Below, piece after piece: positions 52,245-64,000 of a DNA stretch of 64,000 bases. The DNA is from Podarcis gaigeae. Taxonomy: Eukaryota. Numbering within the stretch: the stretch's first letter is position 1; each line of letters begins with the position of its first letter. The stretch lies in NCBI GenBank assembly GCA_964106915.2, contig OZ066927.1, one strand, 5' to 3'. The position numbers and the translations under genes were made by a program. The notes under the pieces were generated by a model that was given only the letters and a program-made list of their open reading frames with translations, was not told the origin of the DNA and did not search any database.

Positions 52245-55200
52245 TTACATCCTTGAACCTCGCTCCTGCAAGATCTGGAAGGAAACAAACAAAAAGTGGT
52301 GAGATTCTGCATGGTAAGGTTCTCCAGCAAGACTCACACAGTGGAAGGACTCCGGCATTCTTGAAGGCAAAACCTTAAAACAGGCAAACAAACTGATTTT
52401 GTTCTCTGACGCAAGACACCTTGGAACATGATGGTGAACTAGGCAGTCAGCTGCTACTCAAAACATAGGAAGTTAATTAAGGGAACTGCCAACAGGCCAG
52501 ACTCACCCATTCCCTACAAAACTAGCTAGGTTGTACAGCTAGGCCAGTGTATGTGAGTGGTCCAGCTCCCAGTTTGAAAAGAACAGTTGTGGATTAAAAA
52601 ATGGGCCATATATGCAACCAACAGCTCGTTTTGCTGATTATGTTCTCACTAAGCGTTAGTGGTAAGAAGTGTTTGAGAGTAGAATGGACTCCCTCGGAAG
52701 GTGTGGGCTCTTCTTCCTTGGAGGTTTTCAAGCAGAGGTTGGATGGCCATCTGTCAGGGATTCTTCAGCTGTTGATTCCTGCATTACAGGGAGGTGGACT
52801 AAATGACCCTTGGAGATCCATTTCCAACTCTACAATTCTATGACTCTATGGCATTTATTAGTATGACATTTGCAATCTGCAAGTAGGGGTGCAGCTACTG
52901 GAAATCCCCCTCCCCTCCGAAAGGTTAATTCAAGTGAACAACAGTTGTAGATCACAACCTGAGGCTGCAGAACCATGCCTGCCTGGGTTCTTTGCTCCAG
53001 TTTTGATACCCTACTTTAGTGCTTATTTTATTGTTTTTCAAGCAATGAGGATGTCTTCAGTAGCCAGTGTGCTAGATTTAAAGTTTCTAATACAGTACAG
53101 CCTGTCTGCCTTTTCCAAAGAAAGATGTACAAATACCCCACTTTCCGGGGTGTTCAGTCATCAGTGTCTTAGTTTGTGTATAAACAATATTGAAGGATTA
53201 CCGGTATGCACTTTAATTGGGAGGCGGTACACTTCACTCTCTTCTTTGAGGCAGAAATGTGTAACACGTTTTTAGACAATCATAAGGTCCCTCTATCAAA
53301 TTTTCAGCAACTGGGATCCAGTTAGTGAGATTTAATAATTCCATGGTATAACTTCACATGCTGAAGGAAAGATATGTAAATATCCTGGCTTCATAGATTT
53401 TTCTAGCAATTAAGTATCTTGCCCTGTATCAGGGTTGGAGAATCCTTTTGGCTGCCTCCTCCCTGCCTGGAACCAGGTGGTGATGACATCAACTACTAGA
53501 AGAAACCACCATAAAACTCCAAGTCACTTTGGAGACACCTTGGCCAAGAACAGGAAATAAAGGTGTTGCTGTGGCAGGCTGTGCACTCTTGACACTTCAC
53601 AGGTGACCTCGGCTGCCCACAAGCTGCTGCCTTCCTCCTTGCCTGGGGATGTGCAGTACAGATCAGAGGTACTTTTTAGCCCTCAACTGAAGGACCTGGG
53701 AAGGGCACTCAAAGAGCCACATTCCAGGCCACTATTTGTGTTGCTTGAGGAGGACGAGGACTAAGGAGAACTCAGTGCAGTGGCTCTGCCAGAGAATCAA
53801 GGAGCCTCACTCCTTGGCTTCACCAAGCAAGGATAAGATAGTTCAAATAATAACATGAATCATTATTATTTTTAAAGACCCTTATCTGCTTAATAGCACT
53901 GGCATGTTGGGAACCCAAAACATCTCAGGGCAAAATACCCCTCGTAGCCAACACAGTGTATGTTGATGTTTCAGCACTGCATCATTTGGCCAGCAACACC
54001 TGCAGTTTCCACTAGGCCTTTTCTCCTCCAAAGAATTCCCAGGGACCTTCTCTGCAAAATCCTCACCTGTTTCTCCTCTTTGCATCAGCACTGATGAAAA
54101 TGGATAGTGTTGGCCTTGAACAGGGACAAATCCCCACTCAGGGCAAGCAGGGAAAAACACAACATGCCTTGCTTTTACTAGATTGTCGCTGGGGAAATAA
54201 GAGTCAACAACACATCAGCTCCATTAAAAACAACTCAGGACCTTGATTGTGGAATCCACTAGGTAGCTCAAGGCCAGTCCCTCACACAGTAATGCAGGGC
54301 TTTATATACTTGGAGGAGGGGCACACTACGGGTGTGTGAAGCACAGGGAATTTCCAGCCCATCCCAGTGCTGCTTTCTGGTAGAGCCGCCATTGGAAAAG
54401 TTCACACCTCCTGACTCAGACTCCTGGCACCCTTCTCCCCACCTCTTTCTCCTTTCATCATGGCAAAACAGGGAAGGTGTGCACACTTGTAGTCTGCTCA
54501 CTCAGCAAAAGGACCAGACCAACTTTCTACTACAGCTCTGGCAGCCGTGGTGACAATCCTTCTGCTCCTTTTGAATCGTTAGGCCAGTCTTGAGGCTGGC
54601 CTGCAAACATGAGGCTGTTCCCCCCAGAAAGCAAAGAACCAAGATAGTGCAACAACTGCCTCCAGTACTGGCTATGGGCCTCATAGCTATCTACAGTCTC
54701 CTCCTCCTCCATAAATCTGTCTAATCCTCTTTCAAAGCCATCATCTTGCAGGAGTGTGCACTGTGTTAGGAAGCACTTCCTTTTCTCTATCCTGAATCTT
54801 CCAGCATGCAGCTTCCTTGATGACCCCTCTGAATTCTAGTATTAGGAGGGAGAAAGAAACTCTATCCACTTTCTCCACAAACACAGAGTTCTTTCCAATT
54901 TGTTTCCTCTGCTCTCATAGCAGATGTGAAGTCTGCACCCAAACTCAAAGAGAAAGCAATTGTAGACATCTGATTGAAGACAATGTTTCATGGCATGCAA
55001 TCCGGAATTCCTGAAGGCGTAAGGTAAAGGTAAAGGTACCCCTGCCCGTACGGGCCAGTCTTGACAGACTCTGGGGTTGTGCGCCCATCTCACTCAAGAG
55101 GCCAGGGGCCAGCGCTGTCCGGAGACACTTCCGGGTCACGTGGCCAGCGTGACATCGCTGCTCTGGCGAGCCAGAGCCGCACACGGAAACGCCGTTTACC

Positions 55201-58200
55201 TTCCCGCTGGTAAGCGGTCCCTATTTATCTACTTGCACCCGGAGGTGCTTTCGAACTGCTAGGTTGGCAGGCGCTGGGACCGAGCAGCAGGAGCGCACCC
55301 CGCCGCAGGGATTCGAACCGCCAACCTTTCGATCGGCAAGTCCTAGGCGCTGAGGCTTTAACCCACAGCGCCACCTGCTGAAGGCGTACTAGTTAAAAAA
55401 AGAAAAGAGCAAGCAACCCAATGTCTGTGGCCATCGTAGGAAGGCGACTGCAACTCAGACCTTTTGGCCCCTATCTTCCCCTGGTTTTCTAAAGTGAAAA
55501 GCAGATGGGTTCCCTGGTGGAGTCTTGCTTTCCTCCCTGTGAGAAGAGCCACAAAAACACATTTCCTCTGAAGAGGACCAACAGCAGCAGGAAGTAAAGG
55601 AGCCAACACACAAGTGGACCACTAGGCAGTCTAGGGGCCTACGGCTACCCGGCAACGGGGTCAAGGCAGCAACTACAAACACAAAACAAGATGCACCAGT
55701 GGGAGAGGCCAGAGGGAGGACAGGCAGGTGGGTGAAGTCCTAGTGCTCACCATGGCATTCACACTTAATCTGAGTCATTCATATCGTAATCCGTCTCTTC
55801 GTCTTCACTCTGAGTTTCATGAAGCAAGTGCAAAGAGCAGGAAGGAAAGGAAAAGAAAAGAGTGCAAGGTGAGTAAAGTACAAACGTCCCCAGGCTGCCT
55901 GAGAGAGGATTCAAGGCTTCTGCTTGGTGATCTTTGGACAACTGGCCCGTTCACTTCAACAGCTGCCCTACAAAAGGAGATCCAGGAAAGAGATCTGGAA
56001 AAGTCTGGCCTGGATTTGTCTTAGCATAAGACTTCTGTCCAAGCCAGCCCCTGAATTGTGAAGGGTAACCCAGAAGAGTCTTCTGCAAGTTGATCATAGA
56101 AGCAATCCAACAGTGCAGCCAGTCAATCAATCGCTGGAAGAGCAGCTACAACGCAAGAAAAAAGCCATCACAGTGTGAAGAGGGCGAACCACCACTGAAA
56201 ACAGTTGTCAAGCTGCCAAGCAGCAGCAAAACACCCATATCCAGTGTCAAGGACCCTCTGGCACAGCAAAGGACATGGCGCACAGGGCTGCAATAGGTGG
56301 GTGTGTTGAAAACAGAGTGCCTCACCTTGCACTAGAGTAAGTCACTGGTTACCATCCCATAGGTTTCACATCCAGAAGAAGCAAATAGTTTATGGTCAAA
56401 TCCCACCTTTTGGTGGCTAAACATTACTAGCCTGGAAACACTGGAAATTGAACTTTCGTCCACAGACCAAAAACAGTATTTCTAATTTATGTGCTTTCAT
56501 GTGAAAGCAGTTTAGTAACTTTCAGGGTGTCTGGCTCAGATGCTGTAATTCCATATTCCCTCTTCCTTTTGTCTAACTTCCCCCAACCAACTTTTTTTGG
56601 TTAATCAAGATTTAATTGGGCATGGGAGCCCGAGTTGTTTTTTTGTTGATATATTTAAAAGCAAACTCTTAAGGATGTGCATAAGAGGCACCTCTCTGTT
56701 CAAAAGAACTCAATAGAGAGAGATGCCTGTCCCTTTGCCCTGGGTCCCAGCCACCATCACCCCACCCCCATGCAACCTTTCCTGATAAACATCCAAACAG
56801 TTTCTTAGCTGGTTAGCAGCTGCTCTGCAAGGTGTGATCTGGAGAGCACTCATGCCTGCAAGGACACCTGGATTCCACCTCATGTGCCAGAGGTCTTGTT
56901 GAACTATGACTGGCCATTAGTGAAGATGCAAGAAGCTGGGCTTCCTCGTGTCTGCGAGCTCTGCCCTGCACCTTTACTAATTCACTCAACTCCAACATCA
57001 TCTTCCTCCTTCTCAACAGGCACAGATCCCAGCATGGCCACTTCTCTCTAGCATGCAAATGCCACACAATGCAAGAGTGCCAGATGAACACAAAAGACCT
57101 TGCCTCCTATCTGTGCCCTCTTCATTAATTCAGGAGTTCATGCAAGGATCTTGAAGCTTAGATCTTTCTGAACATCACTTTGGCAACCCAGCACATCATT
57201 TGCACCTTCAGAAACAATCACTCTACTATCTGGCTGTCTGTTTACAAAGCCAAAGGCCAAGGGAAAGCATAAGGTAGAGAGTGAAATAGGACAGTGAGAC
57301 AGAAATCGCACATTTGCTTCCAAGCTGCCCGACACACTGTTTGCCAGCTTCTTGAACAACAGCAGCAGCAGCTTCATTTAAAATGGTGCAGATGGATGGA
57401 AGATGAAGGGCCCAGCATCTCCCAGGGAGGGAGGCTGGGGGAAGAGGGGGAAGCTCCCAGGTAAGAGCTGGGAGGGTTCATCCGTCTGTATGTGGAATAA
57501 AGGTTAAGATATAATTATGATAGAGAACCTTGTTATTTTTCTCCTCCTCCTCATCTCTTTCTACTTCTTTATTGTCTTCTTTTGTGTGCCTATTTATCTT
57601 CTTTTGATTAGTTTGGCTTTCATTGTATTTTATGTTGAAAACTCAATGAAAAATGTGCAGAGGGCTGGCATTAACTTATGCCCATGGCACAACTGTGTTA
57701 ATTAACAATTATGCATGACACCAGAACCTTGGTTCACCTCAGTCGACTGTAGCCTGGCATAGGCCTGATGCATCTTGGGACATATGCTCCTTTGCCTTTC
57801 TCTCCCCCATTCCCCGGAATTCTGACCCTTTTGTCTCTACTGAATGCCACATGACATGAACGCAGACATCCTGATTTTAACCGCAACAGAGCAGCCAGAC
57901 AATAACACTGGCAACCAAGGGCAGGGCCTCTAATTATAGTCCTGTCGGCAGAGTGCTTTCTCAGGCCAGAGGGAAATTTCTCGCCATGATTTATGGAAAA
58001 GTTAGGAGTAGATCAAGGGACTGTTTAACTCAGGGGAGCTAAGACAGCCAGAATTGGGCTCCATGTCGGCCTCAGGACAGGAGATATTAGCCACATACCA
58101 GACTCTCACCACTTTCTCAAAAGTAAGAATATCATTGACATTACTGATCAAGTTTCACTAAGTGTATTTCAGTAGCGAGTCTTTGAATTGTGTAGGTGGG

Positions 58201-61200
58201 GGGAATTCCTCAGAGCTCCACTTTGCCTCTTTCACCCTGCACTCACAAGGAAAGCTTTTGCTGGATTTAAGGCCATGAAACTTTGGGTACCTCAAGTTGG
58301 AAACTAGAAAGAAAGAGAACCCTGAAGTCATGGGATTCCCTACCGTTCCTTCTCCCAATACAGGGCATCTTAAATTCTCCAGCTTAGAGTTATGGGTGTG
58401 TTAGAATCAAAAGCACCTGCCAATCTATATACCATATTGGCCCAAATATAAGTTGCACCTTTAAAATTGGAGGGGGGAAAAGAAAATATACTTGAATATA
58501 AGCTGCTCCCATCCTCGCTGCTTCTGGCTGCATACTGGGAAGGGGGAGCTGTGCTGTACTGCCAGCGGCCTTTCCCCTTCCTTGTTCTCTCCATTCCTGG
58601 TCTTGAGGGAGAAGATGGGGAACTACATGCAGGGCGGGCACTACTTTGCCGCATTCCTGCCGCTGTTTGCCCCGCACTCCTGGCTGCATACCGTAAGGTC
58701 GCAAATATAAGCCACACTTTTCATGGTCGGAATTTGGGGGGGAGAGTGTGGCTTATATTCAGGCCAACAAGGCATGCCTGTGTTGGCATACATAAATTAG
58801 CCTTGACACTGAAATGAGATTTATAAGCCTTTTTTTTGGTTCAACAAATGAAGGTTTCCATGTTGGTGGGTGTGTCTGTGTTTTTTGGGTTGCACCCACA
58901 TGCAGGCACACCTAGAATAGCACCTGTCGTTTTCCAGAAAAAGGTTTAGCTGCTCTTTGGGAGTTGGGTGTTTGGGGATTAGACATCCACACATCCATAA
59001 CCATTCCTTTTGCATGGGGCAGGTTGTCTTCATACAGCTGAGTTTAACAGCACCAGCAATGAGATGGACAGAAGCCTAAAATGGCTTATGAAGGCACCTG
59101 TGCTCTATCACACCCAAGGCTGGTTTACTGTTGCTCCTGCATAAAAGGTGTGATGTTGGAGCTTCCTTTTCCACAACTGCTCAGTGTGCTCATGTGTGTC
59201 TTGTGCTTGGACACCTGAGAAAGGGTGGGCAGAGGATACCCAAGCAAGCTGCTTTCTTAGTAGCAACTGACAAACAACCTTTGATGGCAGAGGAAGGCAG
59301 CAGCTGGGCCTTGCTCCACCCTGAAGATGACTCACCTTTGCCTTTTCGCTGGGCTCACTGGCTGTGCCATAATGGGTGTTGTGCAGCTCCTTGGAAACAA
59401 CACAAAGGAATTCGGCCTGGTCTTCATTCCCATAATTATAGGAAGATCCAATGCTGACTAGCTGGAGGTGGGAAAGAGAGACAACTGAGGGTGGCTCTTC
59501 TTGTGCTTCAGACAGAACTTAATAAGGGATTACAACCAAAGCACTGACAGTCAACATTCTGGGCTATTAAATAAAGTTGGAGCTCTCTCCTTCCTGTTCC
59601 CACAAGGGGCATCTAACATTAAGAGTGGCCCCTGTCCCTTCTTATAATTCATGCTCAGGCAGGAGAGTGTGGCATTGTGCAGATAGGAGGCTTCAGTGTT
59701 TCACAGGAGTGTTAGCAGTCCTGACAACACAGAGCACTGACTGTGTAAATACACAGCTGCGAAACTCCTAGAATGTTGCACAGAAGGAAGACTGCAGGCC
59801 TAGAGCCATCCACAATGGATGTACAAAATACAGGCCCAGAGACAGAGTTGTGGGGAATCCACACTCTTCTTTGCTCTTGGAGAGCTAGTGCCTGTTGAGG
59901 GACAGTTCTTAGCCAAAAAGATTTTGATTGATTCCTTCTTCTGCTCTCCAAATCTCCATTAACTGAGAATCTTCCACCACAGAGAGCTGCTCTGCTTGTA
60001 CAAACAAATACCAGTGATCTGATCAGTACTGCAATACTGATGGCAGGATCTGAAGCACTGGCCCTGACATGGCATCTTGGTGGACAAACATCACTACAAT
60101 GCCACAGTTTAGAGCCTAGTTACAAGAATTTCTAATTTTCCAACCAGAGCAGCACATGCACAAAAAACAGCTAGCAGTGTTCATATCACCACCAGAGTTA
60201 ATCCCAGAGGACTGTGTTTCCAAGAGCTCTCTACATAAAAAGTGGAGCAAATGGATCTTTGCCTTGAAACGGCCACCTGGCACAGTGCTGGAGGAATGAA
60301 GTGCTTGGTGCCTGCTGTGTGATTTCCCATGGAAATGCCAAGAAGGTGCAACTCAGAGGCTGAGAGTATAAGCTGCAAATCAAGCATCTCCTAAGGCACA
60401 AGCTCAGTGGCACATCCAAGGCTTATTCCCAGTAGGGAAATAATGATATTGTCCTTCTTTACAGAGTTACTTTAAGAAACAACTAGAGTTAATATGTGAT
60501 GCACTTTGAGCATTCAGGCAAACTGCTGTAAAAGTACAAGCTAATAATATTATTATTTGTATGAACTTCCTGACCATTCCAGGACCCAGGCCCACAACAC
60601 CCACAATTATTCCAACTCTCACACTCCTCTCACCTGCTTTTTTGTTTGTTTCTATGGGCCCTGAAAGACTGAACAGTTTGCTTCCCATTCTCTTACCTGC
60701 TCAAATTTCCAGCCATCAGACATGGTGGAGACCATCTGAGTCAACTCCTCTTCCTGGCATTGCAGCACCCTGTAAACGTGCTTGACTGGCACCTTTGGTG
60801 AAAAACACAGAGAGACAGCTGAAAGATGAAGCAGGCCAAGAATGGCCACTGGTTTCAACCATCATGTCTTCCAAACGAGTCCCTTCTCCATTACCACTGA
60901 GCTCCAGAGTGCAAAAAAGCCCCTTGCCTCAGCCTCTGAGGCCTGCCCAGCCGGCAGCAAGATCTCTCTGCTGCCCTCCTCCCCTTGGCATTGCCACAAG
61001 CACAAACATTTCACTCATGAAAGGAAAAAGGGCATCTGATACCACCAGAAGCCACTTCTCATAATTCCCTCAGTTTGGGCACCAAACACAGCCAAACATT
61101 CTGAAATGAAGTCAACCCAAGGATACCTCAAAAACAAATTATTTTTTTAAAAAACTAGCAGGTCCTACCTGTGAGATTTTGCTGTCTCGTTCCCTTATTT

Positions 61201-61839
61201 TGTCCTTTACAAGTTTGATTAAGGATGTGATGTTGTAGAATTCAGCTTCTTCAAGCACACCTGATTGGAGGGGAACACAAAGTCAAAAGAGGGCCTCATA
61301 AAACTCCAGCTGCTTGTGAGAAAGTGTGTGTCACCAGCAGGCCCTGAGAGGCACTGCATGGCCAAGCGGCAGACTGTCCCTCTGAAGCGTTGCCCTGGTC
61401 AGGATGAGGCAAGGCCTCTGCTCCAAGACCAAAGCAGAAAGAGAAAGCCCAGGAGAGAGGAGAGTGTTCCAGGTAGGTCATGCACCAGCCAACAACCTCC
61501 CCAAAACAGTGACCTCACAGCACTTCAGGTGCCGGATCCTGGTTTCTAAAGGATCATTCAGGTCTCAAGAAGTGAAGGCCACTGCAAGTTGTCGAGCAAT
61601 GCTACAAACTAGCCCAGCCCAAACAGGCCGCCATGCTTTGCGTAAGTGAAACCAATTACTGTACACCCAAAGTGATTTTTCACAGCTGTGATCAAACATT
61701 AAAGCAGTTTTCCTAAACAGCAAAACATACCTTCCTCTGCGAGGTCTTTATTGATAACCAGTTTCCCATGTCGGAGATAATTCAACACCGGTCCAAAGTA
61801 GGTTGGATCTCTGTCTATTAAGTAGGCACCTGTTTCGTC
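52245..61839 (-). CDS. KCTD5: BTB/POZ domain-containing protein KCTD5, 5'-partial (exons 2-6)
   Basis: Minus-strand exons 61731-61839 ([36 protein letters not shown]), 61169-61260, 60697-60792 ([32 protein letters not shown]), 59336-59461 (...[11 protein letters not shown]), 52245-52274 (ILQERGSRM*). Paralogue choice rests on residues ([28 protein letters not shown]) and on neighbours that map to human 16p13.3. Confidence 0.95.
52680..52850 (+). mobile_element. CR1 LINE 3' fragment
   Basis: TCCTTGGAGGTTTTCAAGCAGAGGTTGGATGGCCATCTGTCAGGGAT...TTCCAACTCTACAATTCTATGACTCTATG, the CR1 terminal octamer repeat. Confidence 0.85.
54660..54880 (-). mobile_element. CR1 LINE fragment, degraded
   Basis: Reverse-complement resembles the CR1 ORF2 C-terminus (TRGH...FF...[12 protein letters not shown]-like). 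Confidence 0.6.
55022..55377 (-). mobile_element. Sauria SINE, second subfamily, near full length
   Basis: Reverse-complement of the same head, core and tail (AAGGTAAAGGTAAAGGT). 11-bp TSD CTGAAGGCGTA at 55011-55021 and 55378-55388. CpGs are largely intact. Confidence 0.92.
55751..55809 (-). CDS. KCTD5: Candidate alternative KCTD5 exon encoding [14 protein letters not shown]
   Basis: Long polypyrimidine tract plus CAG acceptor, phase-0 frame compatible with exon 5, stop at 55765-55767, donor ATG|GTGAGC at 55750. Confidence 0.6.
57425..57655 (+). mobile_element. Possible L1-like 3' UTR remnant
   Basis: G-rich block followed by a T-rich block ending TTGAAAACTCAATGAAAAA. Confidence 0.4.
58432..58772. 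mobile_element. Tc2-like MITE, degraded
   Basis: Imperfect TIRs CCATATTGGCCCAAATATAAG / CTTATATTCAGGCCAACAAGG; internal repeat of AAATATAAGCC. Confidence 0.65.
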
Positions 61840-63104
61840 CTAATTAAAATATGTATGTTACTTATTTATATAGAAATTGTCTTATCACACTTAAGCCATC
61901 CTATTCCCAGATCAGCCAACTAAATTAAAATACCAGATTAAATTAGTGTGAGACCCCACAGAGATCCTGACATTCCAACCATGACATGCCCTCATCCATG
62001 TCATAAATCAGAAGCTTCCACCATGGATTCAGTGCTCTGCATTAATGAATAATCAGAGCTTCAGCTTGGAGGTCTTAATTGTGAAACAGAGCTACTACTC
62101 AGCTAGTTTCTAATCTCTAATCAATTACCGCAAGGGATTGTGAAAATTAATAATTTGGCTCACATGACAATCTATATTAATGTGGGGTAAGAAAAGCTTA
62201 GTAACATTTATCTAAATGAGAACAATCCATTTCATTCAACCAGTAGTTATGGTCTTTATACTAAATAATAAACCTAAAATTGCAACCAAAGCAATAAAGC
62301 CCTCAAATATCCGGGTTAGAGCCAGGCTTAGAAATGTAATGAATGGTCCCTACAGTTCATAAAATGTGCTCTGACTGAGTTGAGGTATCCATTGCAGGAA
62401 GATGCCTTTCTCCAATTCTCCCTGCAGACCCCAGCAAACTCCCCTACCCAAAGGTTCTGGTGGGTCCCTCAACCATCTGGAGAAGATTTTTGGAAGGCAA
62501 AAGGAACCAAACAGGAAATCAGCAAAAATCTCCTCCTCCTGTCAAGAAGAGGGGCTGTTTAATAAAACATCAAAGGGGCTTAAAAGGTATTTTGTTACAC
62601 ACCTGTACAGAAATATGATTTTGCAGAAGGTTGCCAGAGCCCTCTGAATTCACATTATTTTTATGAGCTGAACACAAAAATTCACCATCCAATCAAGGCT
62701 CACAGCATTTTCCAGAACGGCAATTTTGTTATCGTGCTTTCTCATAGGGGTGGTTCCAATTATTAAATTTGCCCTGATATTATTTGTTTTTATGGCATTG
62801 GCTTTAACATTTGCAATTTATAATATTTAGAGGGGGGAAATGAGTTGGGGGGGGGACATGGCAGAGGTGTATAAAATTATGCATGGTGTACAGAAACCTC
62901 TCCCTCCCTCAAGACTCCGGGCCACACAACAAGCTGAACTTTTGAAGATTTAGGACAGACAAAACGAAGGACTTTTCATCCATTTTTCCTTAATATAGAA
63001 ATATGGATGTTGTGACAATAATAATGAATAAAAGTGAAAATGCAAAACCAAAACTAAAATAAAGGAAATCACAAGAACTGAACTTCCACTAAGATTTTTT
63101 AAAA

Positions 63105-63425
63105 AGAAAAAAGGAAGGACTTCTTCACACAGCACACAGTTAAACTACAGAATTTACTCCTGCAAGAAGTAGTGATGACCACCAACTTGAACGGCTTTTA
63201 AAAAGAATTGGACAAATTCATGGAAGATCCAGCTACCAATGGCTACTAGCCACAATGGCTATGCTCCACCTCCACTGTCAGAGGTGCTATGTCTCTGAAG
63301 CTCAGTTGGAGGGAAACCCAAAAGGGAGAGAGCTGCTGCTGTATTCAGGTATTGTTTGTGGCCTATTCATTCAAGCACCTGGTGAGTCCAGGGTGCTGGA
63401 CCAGATGGGCTCTTTTTATGTATTG
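63105..63425 (+). mobile_element. CR1 LINE 3' fragment
   Basis: Encodes a degenerate FFTQHTVKLQNLLLQEVVMTTNLNGF.KELDKFMED (CR1 ORF2 end), followed by a CR1-type UTR. Confidence 0.75.
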
Positions 63426-64000
63426 TATGCTACTGCTTCTACGGAAACCACATTGGGAGCTTTTACTCTGAAAGGAAGAATCCAACAATAAATAAATATG
63501 GTGGCAGAATGAACTACAAAGATCATGGATCCAGTGTTTTGTGACATTACCATACTGCAAAAACCTAGATTCTAGGCATGGATCCTCTTGATTCTTAGAA
63601 AGCAGCTCACAAAAATATACCAGCTACTCACAACCTGCATCTATCCCCACTGATTGCATTGAAAACACAACAGTCACTATCTTTCAATTCTACAGGGGCC
63701 AGAATGGTAGTTCTCAGGAAAAGAAGCTCAGCATTTTTTAAATAGAGAATCTCAAAATCCACTGCATAATCACAGTCCACATGTAATACCATGACAATTA
63801 ACTGATGTTGTATGTTAAATTTTTATGGTTTTGTTTGTATAGTTTTATGCATTATTGTAAACTGCTTTGATTTTTTTCTATGAAATAGTGGTATATAAGT
63901 ATTTTTATAAATGCCCATTGGAATACAGAGAAACAACATTTTTACATGAAAATGCCCCAAATTCACTATCAAAAGACAATGAACATTATAAAATTGTAAA

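Noticed and set aside
56320-56445. Further KCTD5 cassette exon (donor-like AG|GTGAGG at ~56325)
   Set aside because: No convincing acceptor and frame combination could be established.
52245-61839. Assignment as KCTD2 or KCTD17
   Set aside because: Diagnostic residues and the neighbouring genes fit KCTD5 better.

Overview
Vertebrate genomic DNA, very probably from a squamate and likely a lacertid lizard (inferred from the Sauria-type SINEs). The window holds five intron-containing protein-coding genes. IQGAP1 (+) is present from exon 6 to exon 38, with its 5' end outside the window. GNPTG (-) is complete and lies head-to-head with TSR3 (+, complete) across a ~100-bp CpG-island promoter. UBE2I/UBC9 (-) is complete. 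KCTD5 (-) is present from exon 2 to exon 6, with exon 1 beyond the window end. I placed all exon boundaries by hand on GT-AG sites and each chain keeps frame; exon numbers follow my recollection of the human orthologues. Introns carry Sauria SINEs, a tRNA-Lys/CR1 SINE, CR1, L1 and L2 fragments, a SPIN-type hAT MITE, Tc1/mariner MITEs and a 1.4-kb hAT element with a CpG-rich interior. There is no CRISPR array, rRNA or intact tRNA. I see no clearly new multi-gene system. The best leads are (i) the hAT element carrying a CpG-island-like cargo inside GNPTG, (ii) interlocked convergent poly(A) signals of IQGAP1 and GNPTG at an apparent synteny junction, (iii) a candidate alternative KCTD5 exon giving an acidic C-terminus, (iv) a MITE-like element that supplies the TSR3 stop codon, and (v) absence of BAIAP3 between UBE2I and TSR3.
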